DNA of 62,097 bases, filler included, from Stramenopiles sp. TOSAG23-3 (lineage: Eukaryota): assembly GCA_900128585.1 (NCBI GenBank). It is 21 parts of 21 records of this genome, joined end to end, with 100 filler letters (N's around TTAATTAATTAA, not from the genome) between each part and the next. Parts side by side here need not be neighbours in the genome. Positions count along the whole stretch, not along the records: positions 50,457 to 53,296 come from LT644560.1; positions 53,397 to 56,232 come from LT644561.1; positions 56,333 to 59,166 come from LT644562.1; positions 59,267 to 62,097 come from LT644563.1; 17 more parts are not named here. One strand, 5' to 3'. A program made the translations under genes and the position numbers. Shown here piece after piece: positions 52,420 through 62,097 of this stretch; within the stretch, counting starts at the first letter, position 1; the number at the start of each line of letters is the position of its first letter. The notes under the pieces are model-generated. The model made no database searches. It had not been told where the DNA came from and was given only the letters and a program-made list of their open reading frames with translations.

Positions 52420-53066
52420 CTTGAAAATCGGCGTTCGTTTACCTGCGTAGTTCAGAGCGCGACCCGGAATGTACGAGCTGTACCAGACTATATTTTTTAC
52501 GATTAGGAATTTAGTTAGTTGAAAGAGAGATGTGCTTATAAAACAGGCGGCATGCTGTTATTGACGACCAAGTCGTGCTCCCAAAGTTGCTGTTGGCGCC
52601 TGGCAGCGTGGCCAAAAATAAGCTATGAGGTTTCGCCTTCGTTAATTAATTTTTTCTTCTTCTTCTTCTTCTTCTTCTTCTTCTTGGTTGATGAACTTCA
52701 TCCTTTTTTTTTACTACAAAATAATCATACTACAATTAATAGGAAAAATGAAATAAGTGGAATGGGTTGTATGATAAGTATTTCAGAACATGTTTTTTTC
52801 TTAAATGATAATATTACTTAATATATCAATTTTAATCAATACTATAAAATACAATACATTTATTCTATTAAGTATTAAAAAAAGATGAAACCCTAATTAT
52901 AACATTTAAAGATTGAGATGCTTTACTATCATCGTTAGGATTAGGGTTACTGATGATAAGATCTTCCTATCAAAATTAAATTAGAATAAAAATGAACTAC
53001 AGCGATAGATTCCACTTCTTTCATCTATTTTCGCTTTCTCGTACTAAACTGAAAACGATTGGTCAT

Positions 53067-53296
53067 TCTTCTTTCTTCTTCTTCTTCTTCTTTCTTCTTC
53101 TTCTTCTTCTTCTTCTTCTTCTTTCTACTTCTTTCTTCTTTCTTCTTCTTTCTTCTTCTTCATCTTCTTCTTCTTCTTTCTTCTTTCTTCTTCTTCTTCT
53201 TCTTCTTCTTCTTCTTCTTTTCTTCTTCTTCTTTTCTTCTTCTTCTTCTTCTTCTTCTTCTTCTTCTTCTTCTTCTTCTTCTTCTTCTTCTTCTTC
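53067..53296. repeat. (TTC)n microsatellite at contig edge
   Basis: Directly visible. Confidence 0.97.
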
Positions 53297-53448
53297 NNNN
53301 NNNNNNNNNNNNNNNNNNNNNNNNNNNNNNNNNNNNNNNNTTAATTAATTAANNNNNNNNNNNNNNNNNNNNNNNNNNNNNNNNNNNNNNNNNNNNATGG
53401 AATTTGGGGAGTTCATACCATTAAGAATGAAGTGTAAAACTATCAATT

Positions 53449-56103
53449 GTGGGTCTACTTCCAAAAATGTTACCCAGTGCACCAGAAGCTACCCTAATGT
53501 CTTCCGAAACAGTACGTGAGGCAACAAACGATCCAAATGCTGAAGAAAAGTTTACAGTGACAAAGGCAAATCCTGGAGTAACACAAACAACAAAAGCGTT
53601 CACCACGGCTGATGAGGAAAATGTGAATGCGGTTGGACGCAGCGCAGTAGAAGTGACCCCGACGTCCTCCGAAACAGCAAGCAAGGCAACAAACGAAACG
53701 AATGATTTAAATGATGAAGAAACAGAAAAAGATGTGAAAAAGACGTTATCAAGCACTAAAGTAGCAACAACATTGTTCGATTCGAAACCCGCAGACGCGG
53801 CAAAGAGCGAAGAGAACGAAAAAATTATAGAAGCACCTGTTGCTGCGGGTACTGTATTAAATGACGATCAATTACAAATGCGGGCAGAGCCCGCCGAAAT
53901 ATCCGCCCAGATGGAGATGGTTGGAACGACTGAAGAAGAAATAAAACCACTGAATTCAGCACCAATAGCCGCATCGAAAACTGAAGAAACGCACCAGAAG
54001 AAAAATGAAGCAAATGTTAAAATTCTAACAGGATCTGGTGAACTAGCTCAACGTGCCGTCAAGGAAGCAGGTGTCATTACACCGATTCCAACTGTAGACT
54101 CTGCGGAGGCCGGCACTGTGCAGAGTCACAGTGAGCCAGTCGCAAAGGCCGGTGCGGCATCAGCGGATGAGGCACGTGCAAAGGCAGAGGAATCATCGGC
54201 CACAACTGTGGTAAAGACAGATGGAACGGAGATGGACATCCCCGACATTACCAGAAACGTAGACGAAGCACATGAAACGCCTGCTAATCTAGATCACGAA
54301 AACGATAATATTCCCGATCCATCAATAGCCGCTGCAATAGCTGAAGAAAAGAAGATCGAGGAACAGAAGAAAAATCGAGAAGAAGAAATGGAATTCCAAA
54401 ATACTTTAATTTTGCTACAGCATAAATTCATCAGTTCTGTGGAAACTCTAGAAGACAAAATATTCGATATGATCTCGGCGATAGAGAAGGGTAGTGGGAT
54501 CACTTTCACTGATGTGTTTAATGAAAGTGGACTTATTATGTGCGTCGATATCATTTCTGTGACGGGCGTGCGTGAGACAGATCCTGATACCGTTTTGACA
54601 ATGAATTACTGCGGTTATTCTGTCATGGAAACTCGTTGTGTGTACGAAAGTCATTCCCCGTTTTATCATTCTCGCTTTGCACTTAAGTTTGATGGCGACA
54701 AGTTTGATTTTGACAGCGTTAAGGACGGTGAATTTGAATTTAAATTATATAAGATTGACCCTGAAGACGATGGCACAAGAGAAGAAATCGACGCGTTTGC
54801 TTTGCCGAAGGGTGAACTAGCCAAACTGTGTTTGTCTCAGGGGGGTTGCATTGGGCGAACAAGTAAGCACGCTATGAACAGGGGGTGTACCTTGAATGTA
54901 AGGTACGGCGCATATGGTGGGAAAATAATACCAAAGATCTATGACACAGTGCACGGGTATGTTGCTAACAAGTTAAGGGGGCCTTTGTGCGATACGCATA
55001 TTTCAAGTTCAAAAGGCAATGTGAAAGACACAGAAAAGATCTTAAAGAAACATATGAGTGGTGCCCAGGCCGCAGTGGATAAATTAAGCGTGGACCATAA
55101 AGCGCTCTTGCAGATGTACGAGACTGTTAGCAAAGAAGAAAGAAAACTGTCCAATATTCTGGAGTTCGAGAAAAGCATGTTTGGTCGCGTGCAAGATCGC
55201 AACGAGAGCTCAGATATACTTCAGTTGATCCACGAATGCCGCACAGAGCATTTCTTTGTTGCTGCGGACGCAGATGCCCCTGCCCCGTTTTTACAAAAGT
55301 GCCAAATGCGCGTTGCAGCATACGCCTCAGATATAAAACAAACCAAAATCTCGGAGCTGAAACGTGAACTGAACGAAGCTTTGAACGTGAAACAGCAGAG
55401 TGGATTTTTTACCAAACGATTGCTGTCGCGAGACGCCTCTATCGATGTCTGGGATTCGTCTGAAAAAGTCACGGAGAAAGTTACCATAGCGTCTACTTTA
55501 GTAGAGAAAGCATTAAAGCTGTTGCAGAAGTGGACAGGGCTTAAAGATGACTATCAGGAAGTAATTATTGAGACCGTCGGAGAGGCTTCGTTTGCTGTTG
55601 AAATGATATTGCCCACGTTCTTTCAAGAATTGGAGAAGCTTGTGTTCGAGGAGTGGTCACATGTATCTGAGAATGCCGACTCGAAGTTGCAAGAAAAGCT
55701 TGAAGAGCATAGAAAAGAAATGGAGACGGGGAAGTCCCAGCTAGAGCAATTTCAGGCAGAAACAAAAGACAGTAAAACCTTCTTCTCCAACCTTCAACAC
55801 CAAGAAGAAAGTCGACTAGCAGAGCAGGAGCGCAATATAAGAATAGAGCAATGCACCGATATCCTAGGCAAACTGCAGGAAGAGCTCGTTAAACGTGCGG
55901 ACCATAAAAGTGCACTAGAAGGTAGCAAAGAAAAACTCCGGGGTCTTCGCACAGCTGTACTGGTCGAAACTAGGGAAAATCGTATATTCGACCACGGAAT
56001 GCCTGGTGCCGAAGCGCTTCTAGGCAACCAAAGCAAGCTGGAAGCGAAGCTAAAAGAAATAAAAGAAACCATTGACAAGTTTGACCCTGAAGAAGATGCG
56101 TAA
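53449..56103 (+). CDS. Large hypothetical protein: disordered acidic N-terminus, C2-like beta domain, coiled coil
   Basis: 884-aa ORF. The region IMCVDIISVTGV.ETDP....ETRCVYESHSP.Y...F resembles a C2 domain. Confidence 0.75.
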   Translation: MGLLPKMLPSAPEATLMSSETVREATNDPNAEEKFTVTKANPGVTQTTKAFTTADEENVNAVGRSAVEVTPTSSETASKATNETNDLNDEETEKDVKKTLSSTKVATTLFDSKPADAAKSEENEKIIEAPVAAGTVLNDDQLQMRAEPAEISAQMEMVGTTEEEIKPLNSAPIAASKTEETHQKKNEANVKILTGSGELAQRAVKEAGVITPIPTVDSAEAGTVQSHSEPVAKAGAASADEARAKAEESSATTVVKTDGTEMDIPDITRNVDEAHETPANLDHENDNIPDPSIAAAIAEEKKIEEQKKNREEEMEFQNTLILLQHKFISSVETLEDKIFDMISAIEKGSGITFTDVFNESGLIMCVDIISVTGVRETDPDTVLTMNYCGYSVMETRCVYESHSPFYHSRFALKFDGDKFDFDSVKDGEFEFKLYKIDPEDDGTREEIDAFALPKGELAKLCLSQGGCIGRTSKHAMNRGCTLNVRYGAYGGKIIPKIYDTVHGYVANKLRGPLCDTHISSSKGNVKDTEKILKKHMSGAQAAVDKLSVDHKALLQMYETVSKEERKLSNILEFEKSMFGRVQDRNESSDILQLIHECRTEHFFVAADADAPAPFLQKCQMRVAAYASDIKQTKISELKRELNEALNVKQQSGFFTKRLLSRDASIDVWDSSEKVTEKVTIASTLVEKALKLLQKWTGLKDDYQEVIIETVGEASFAVEMILPTFFQELEKLVFEEWSHVSENADSKLQEKLEEHRKEMETGKSQLEQFQAETKDSKTFFSNLQHQEESRLAEQERNIRIEQCTDILGKLQEELVKRADHKSALEGSKEKLRGLRTAVLVETRENRIFDHGMPGAEALLGNQSKLEAKLKEIKETIDKFDPEEDA

Positions 56104-56332
56104 ACTCATTCTTCCAAAACTACACTAAAAAAAAGGTGTAGTACGCACGAAGGCTAGCTGTACCGATGTAATATTAATGATGTACGGTACGGTACCGTAA
56201 GCAAATTTTTTAGACCGTGTATTGCTGATGCTNNNNNNNNNNNNNNNNNNNNNNNNNNNNNNNNNNNNNNNNNNNNTTAATTAATTAANNNNNNNNNNNN
56301 NNNNNNNNNNNNNNNNNNNNNNNNNNNNNNNN

Positions 56333-58798
56333 CGCCTCGGGGACGTCGACTTTTCCGTACTTTTTGTACTGGATGTCTTCCGGGTACCGGCCGTCCTTGT
56401 GCGCCCGGGACTTGGTCCGCTTTACGGAGTGGAAGTGCTTCGAGGCGCTTCGCTCGATGTACTCTTCCCCGTCCCCGAGGTCAACCGTGCACGGCTTCCC
56501 TGTCCAGTCGCACACGACCTCGTAGAACGTCTTGCTCACCTTCTTCCACGAGGACAGCGGGATGTCGGGATACCCGCTCAACACCTGTAGCGCTATGTCG
56601 CCGTCCGTTCGCCCCACGATCGTCAACGGCATGGCCGTGTCCTTGGTCAGAAACTTCTTCGCGGAAACGCCCTCGTACGATTTCGCCAGGGCCCCGTGAA
56701 AAAAACGCAAGGCCCACGTGCGCTCCAAGTTTCGCAGCAAAATGTCGTAGGCATCCTTGTTTGCGGGGACATTGCAGTTCTGAAGGGACAAAAACTCCAG
56801 CGGGCAGTTCGGGATGCTGTACGCCTTTCCCTTGTACATCACGACGCCTAGGGCGCGGGATATCGCCTTGCAGATGGAGTCGGCGTCCTTTGGGCTTTCC
56901 ACCAAATTGTTGGACAGGTCCAAGCGAACCAAGTGTTCGGCGTGCTTCACGAACTCGAAAATTTGAACGAACCCTGCCGAGTCGCTCCTCGATCGGTCGC
57001 TGGTCGTGTGCCACAGAAAGTTGCTGGACAGGTCTAGCGTTTTCAAATGCCGGTGATGGGTGCTGCGCTTCAGGATATTTCCGATCAGGACCCCGTCGCT
57101 GCACACGAGCCTGCAGCTGGAGAGATCCAGGTGCACCAAGCTGGTCGCGACAAGGTGCATGTTAATGCCCGACGAATTCAGGGTGGAGGAGAGCTTCGTG
57201 AGCACCCCGGGGTGGTGCGCCGAGCCGATGGCCTCTCCCAGCTCCGCGAACGCCTTTCCCCGCCCCCAATCGTTCCCTCCCGCCTTGAGGTAGGTGATGG
57301 AGGTGTTGTGCCTCATGAGCTTGGCCAGATGGCCCACCCCCCTCCGCTTGAACGCGTTGCCCTCCAGGTTCAGGTACGTAAGCGCCACCCTGGCCCTGAT
57401 CTTTTCCAGCACCAACAGCTCCCGATCGTGCGTGTCCTCAAGCCCCTGCTGCCTCTCTTCGAAGTGCCGCATGCGCATGTCGTGGCGCAAGTCCTCGCTC
57501 CTCGCTTTCTCTTTAATCAGACCAGACTCTTTCTTGAACGCGACGAAGATCTTGTCCTCCATCTTTCTCAAGCGATCGAGCTCTTTACTCGCGTTCTCCG
57601 GCAGTATTCTTTTCTGGTCCTCCCCCCGCTTGACCAGCCCCCGGTTCTTCGCTATGAACGCGCAATCCTCCTCGTACTTCTTGCCCAGCCGGGCCAAGAG
57701 CCGCTCGCTCCCCTCGGGGCCGAAGGCCCGGGCATGGTAGTGCTCGACCTCTTCCTCCTTTGTGGCGGTCGTCTCCTTAAAATCCCTCTCCAACTGCTCC
57801 GCCAGGCTCTTCATCGCCGTGAATCGCGTCGCGTCGACCAGGTGGCCCGTGAACTTTTTCATCGCGCCGTCCTGCAAATTCATCCTGGACAGGTCTATCG
57901 ACGTCAGCGTCCCCAGCGTTGCCAACCGCCCGATCTGGCTGCACACGACTTCCCCGTCCGCCGCGGTGGGGCATGGGTTGTAGGACAGGTCGATGGAGGT
58001 CAGCGTCCTGTTGTAGCCCAAGCACCCGACCAGCTTCAGCATTCCCGAAGCATCCGCAGTTTTGGAGACTTTGTCGGCGGCGGTGGGCAGCCTGTACCCC
58101 AAGGAGCAGTCTCGGAGGGAGAGGATGACCAATGACTCGTTGCCGGCGATGAGGGCCGCGATGGCCTCGGCGCCCTGGCACCCTATGGGGTTAACGCTAA
58201 GGTCCAACGTCTCCATCCGGTTCTTCACCCGGGCTTCGTTCACCGCCGCGGCGATGGCCCCAATCCCTATCGGCCCGATCTTGTTCTCGCGCAGGCGCAG
58301 CGCCTTCAAGTGCTCCGCGGCCGCGACGCCCCGGGCCAAGGCGACGCCGTCCGGGTCCCTCAAGTTGTTCTCGGACAGGTTGAACTCTTCTACCCCGTTG
58401 TTCGAGGCCAGGATCGCCTCCGCCACAGCCCCGCTTATTCTATTGCTTGAAAAGTTCAGCCGTTTCAGGCTCCTCTTCCTCGTCTTGAGCCCCATGATCA
58501 GGGAGGACACCAGCGTAGTGTTCTTGCTCCGTACGTTTTTCTTCTTGGTCATGGTTATCTTGTTGTTGGACAGGTCGACGGCTTCCAAGTTGGGCATCCT
58601 CGACATCGACATGAAGAACACGGACAAGTCCGTGTGCTCCCCCAAATTATTCCCGGACAGGTCGTGTATCCACCGCCCTCGATGCGAACAAAGTAGTATC
58701 CGCCGAACCAACAGACAGAGTAGGAAAGAAAGGACGGACCGTTCAACGAACAAAATGCCTTTCAAAACCAAACAAGAGCTCTCAGCGTAAAATTTCAC
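56333..58798 (-). CDS. RI-like LRR protein with central coiled-coil insert and a possible F-box-like segment near the C-terminus; 3'-partial, start uncertain
   Basis: Many LxxLDLSxNxI repeats of about 28 aa; GC-rich coding signal from about 58680 downwards. Confidence 0.85.
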
Positions 58799-59105
58799 GT
58801 TAATCTAAAACAATCTTAAGAAGAAATAAATAGTTTTAGGAAAAAAAAAGGAAATAAAAAAAGTTGTGAATAAAATATATGATTTACTCGTAGAGTTTGT
58901 TTTAGAGTAGACAATAATATATAATTATAATAATGAACTATTATTATAAATTTATTTTATTATTTTTATTTTCGGTTCGTGCTTTAGTATGCGTACGTAC
59001 ATAATACATTAATTAGGAATTAATACAACATTCTAGTCCTATATTAGACGACTTTCTATTTTTTAGTCTGTTCTCCGTTCTACGTTTTAATTATGAAGAA
59101 GTCGA

Positions 59106-59166
59106 CTTCCTTTCTTCCTTTCTTCCTTTCTTCCTTTCTTCCTTTCTTCCTTTCTTCCTTTCTTCC
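59106..59166. repeat. (CTTCCTTT)n 8-bp tandem repeat at contig edge
   Basis: Directly visible. Confidence 0.95.
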
Positions 59167-59266
59167 NNNNNNNNNNNNNNNNNNNNNNNNNNNNNNNNNN
59201 NNNNNNNNNNTTAATTAATTAANNNNNNNNNNNNNNNNNNNNNNNNNNNNNNNNNNNNNNNNNNNN

Positions 59267-59326
<60 letters not shown>

Positions 59327-59354
59327 AAAGAAAGAAAGAAAGAAAAGAAAGAAA
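59267..59354. repeat. (GAAA)n microsatellite at contig edge
   Basis: Directly visible. Confidence 0.95.
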
Positions 59355-60890
59355 TCGTCATTTGCTTGGAACTTAGAAATCAGAAAGTAATGCTATGTCA
59401 TGTATTATAATTTAAATAATTTGATCAACTTTCGTTCATGTTTTTTCCATTTCTCGTTTTTTTTGCTGATGCTATTATTGGAATTATGCTAATTCAAAAA
59501 TACATTGGATATTGGATAGCATCAAGAATGATGGACACGTCATCTAGAAGAACTGGACTAAAAAAAAAGTATTTTAAAGTTTTTTAGTTAAAGGATGAAT
59601 TTACTTATAAAATCCTTCAGTTTGTAATCGTCGGTAAATGGTATAATTAGTTTCAAAAAAAACCAGTAAACTTTATATTGTATTATACATTCAATGAGTG
59701 ATTTCACTTCTGGTAATAAATATCCCCAATTTTGATAAAAAGCCTTTTCTCCTCCGTATTTGATGCTGTGACTATGCTATGTGATTATCCTTTCTTCGGT
59801 CTCAAATTTTTAATTAACTTGGAATATAAAACTGTAATGTGCTTATTTAAATAACGACACCATCACACTTTAATACCATAATACTGTTGTAATATAATAT
59901 TATGTTATGTAAACCACGTTTAATACAAAATGTCTTTCAGGATTTGGTGGAGTCTCCGCTAGGAGTGATGCCAATGGAGTAAGAACTCCATTAAGTACAA
60001 TTATTTTGTATACTAAGTTTTATATCCCTATGAAAGTATTCTATGTTATAATCCGTATCTGAAGCAATTTAGGCAACCTATCATCCACTTTAATATGACC
60101 AAAAACTATACTTGTATTAATTATTACACTATTAATACACATAGGTAAATCAAATATGTGAGTCCTTTTTTATGGTGTTCAATGCTATTCGTATGTAATA
60201 CCCTGTCGATGTCTTTGTGGACCAAAATGATTATTTATTTTTAGTTCAGGAAAGATGAACTAATTAAATATAATACAAGTTAACGTAGTAAAATACCACA
60301 TTATGAATTCTGTTGTCCTATCTAAATGAAATTAAAGTAAACTATTTGATTTTATAGTATGTTATATTGTTCTTCTACTAATTTTAATAGTCCTTAATTA
60401 TTATTATGGTAAGATCTAGATGATCTTGTCGATTTATTTTGTTGTAGCATTTATTTTATGCGATGTTATCTATATGTTTATCGGATGTTGTTTTTATTTC
60501 AATAATGAAGAAGGGTTTGTTGGTGGTTGCTTTTGGCTTATTTTTTTGGGCTTTCTTTTCACTTAAGCGTCACCAAGATATTTTACTGTACTCAGAACGT
60601 AAAGAGGAATGGAAAGAGATTGAACGGTGAAAAGGGTAGGAGAATCAGGGAATCAAAGGAAAAGATTAAGAAGGCAGGATAGAATTATTGTATCTCGATC
60701 GATCGATAGTTTTATCTTTTATTTGGTTCTCACGTAGGTCTGACCACGTACGTGAAGGTACCACGCACTTTGCGTTAACCACCGACGGGCGGACGGACCG
60801 TTTGTGTGAAAAGGGTCGAAGGATTTATCGTAATTTTAACCTACCATTCGGTAAGGACCCTTCTTTGTTTGTAGTTTGTATTATATTGAA

Positions 60891-62097
60891 ATGAGTGTGT
60901 ATAGTGAGTTCGACGTCCCGCGGTTGGACGACGCTTCGGAATCCAATAGTTTGGCACACGTGTTCGAGCCCTTAGACGTGGAAGCACCCTCGAATGTAAA
61001 CCGAACGGACTTTTTCTGCCAGGACGCCATTATAAGCCACGAGGACACCGAGATGGTCATGGGGCTGCTGCACAACGCCGTTAGGAAGAGCAGGAGCGAT
61101 AGTATCGGGAGTTTCGCGTTCTCCCTCGACAGCCGTATGGGCAGGGCCGACAGTCTGGACTACGGTGGGCTCGGGAGCTTGGGGAGGTTTGATAGTATAG
61201 ATAGCGTCGGTAGTCTGGAGTTCGACGTCCTCCCAGACTCGCAGGCCCCTAGGGCCACCTCTTCCCAAGCGGCGAAACGTAAGCGGTCGGACAGCGACGT
61301 GGTGGGGTCCGTCCGCGGGGAGGGTGAGTCGGGGGGTATGGATGGCCTGAAAATTACTACCCCGGTGACGAGCGCAAACCCGAGCGGGAGCACGGCACAA
61401 AAGGAGAGGAGCAAGAAAGGCAGCAAGCAGCCCAAGCAGAAGCACGGAGGCCCCAACGTTCCCAAAAATACTCCAGAAGGCCAGTCGCAGGACGCAGTGT
61501 CATCAAACGCTCCCACGCCGAGCGAGTTCGCGTTGATCAGCCGGAAGGCCCCACGGGGGAAAATGATGGACTCGGGAAGGTTTGGCGCCGTCCCCGACAA
61601 GCGGGCAAGGAAAGACTCGGACTCGTCCAAGAACTCGAGCGATTGCGACGATTACTCCCCTGCGTCGAGCCACTCGGAGATGGACATATCGGAGGAGAGC
61701 ACTTACCCAGAAGAAGAGAATGACGACTGCTCACCCCTCCCAACCCGCGCGGAGCATGGCGAGAGCAGGAAACGGGGCTCTCACACGAGCAAGACCAATA
61801 GCAATAGCGCGCAGCGCAAGACGTCCGTGACGGTAGGGTTGCAGTGCGAGATGGACACGTCCAAGACGGTGTTGCACATGAAACAGGAAGAGCTCTCTCG
61901 CCTTCAGTCGAAAATAGCAACGTTAGAAAACGACATCCAGTCGGGACGTAGGCATTCCGCGAATTCCGACGCAGGGAGCGATCCACGGCCGACGTCTCCA
62001 GCAGGCCAGAGTTGGAAAAGTAGCATTGCGAGCCAGAGCCCGAGAAGCGGCACAGCGGGCCACAGCCCGAGAAGCGGCACAGCGGGCCACAGCCCGA
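60891..62097 (+). CDS. Hypothetical Ser-rich disordered protein, 3'-partial (absent from the ORF track because it has no stop)
   Basis: ATG AGT GTG TAT... at 60891 reads without a stop to the window end (about 400 codons). It ends in a 27-bp repeat encoding SPRSGTAGH. Confidence 0.8.
   Translation, partial: MSVYSEFDVPRLDDASESNSLAHVFEPLDVEAPSNVNRTDFFCQDAIISHEDTEMVMGLLHNAVRKSRSDSIGSFAFSLDSRMGRADSLDYGGLGSLGRFDSIDSVGSLEFDVLPDSQAPRATSSQAAKRKRSDSDVVGSVRGEGESGGMDGLKITTPVTSANPSGSTAQKERSKKGSKQPKQKHGGPNVPKNTPEGQSQDAVSSNAPTPSEFALISRKAPRGKMMDSGRFGAVPDKRARKDSDSSKNSSDCDDYSPASSHSEMDISEESTYPEEENDDCSPLPTRAEHGESRKRGSHTSKTNSNSAQRKTSVTVGLQCEMDTSKTVLHMKQEELSRLQSKIATLENDIQSGRRHSANSDAGSDPRPTSPAGQSWKSSIASQSPRSGTAGHSPRSGTAGHSP

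Noticed and set aside
52888-52949. AAACCCTAA / TTAGGGTT as telomeric repeats
   Set aside because: Single isolated units, not an array; at most telo-box-like and expected by chance.
52992-53352. Poly-F/L/S ORFs here and at 11890..12136
   Set aside because: Translations of TTC/GAA microsatellites that run into linkers.
1-62097. rRNA, tRNA genes, CRISPR arrays, operon-like gene clusters
   Set aside because: None recognised by eye; contigs are unlinked, so cross-contig neighbourhoods carry no information.

Overview
This window is not one locus. It is 21 short eukaryotic contigs (about 2.83-2.89 kb each, in decreasing size order) joined by an artificial 100-nt linker (44 N + TTAATTAATTAA + 44 N), so adjacency across linkers has no biological meaning. 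The DNA looks like a compact, intron-poor protist genome in the standard code, with 45-60% GC-looking coding regions and very AT-rich intergenic DNA. A heterotrophic stramenopile MAG/SAG is my guess, not a demonstrated assignment. Recognisable genes: V-ATPase subunit d, BUD13, MAF1, BRX1, NAA25/MDM20, a GTPBP1/2 fragment, UBFD1, a GT31 galactosyltransferase, a PhoD phosphatase, a CAMK-type kinase, an EcKL/APH-like kinase, an IPT/TIG-repeat protein and several LRR proteins. The strongest candidate for a new system is a Ty1/copia retrotransposon (29793-32651). Its gag and pol lie in the same frame, separated by a single UGA that is followed by a stem-loop (candidate programmed readthrough), and its primer-binding site matches a tRNA 5' half with an apparent GAU anticodon. 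Other highlights: a TAF4-like protein with RST-like and HMG-box domains, a multi-TM/LRR/LNR receptor-like family (two paralogues), a SAP/U-box/ankyrin/LRR protein, a protein with tandem PAS-like repeats, and a 17-24 nt motif found about 40-75 nt after the stop codon of three unrelated genes. Two contigs carry 59-bp and 79-bp terminal inversions that are probably chimeric artefacts. All family assignments come from motif recognition by eye; no searches were run.
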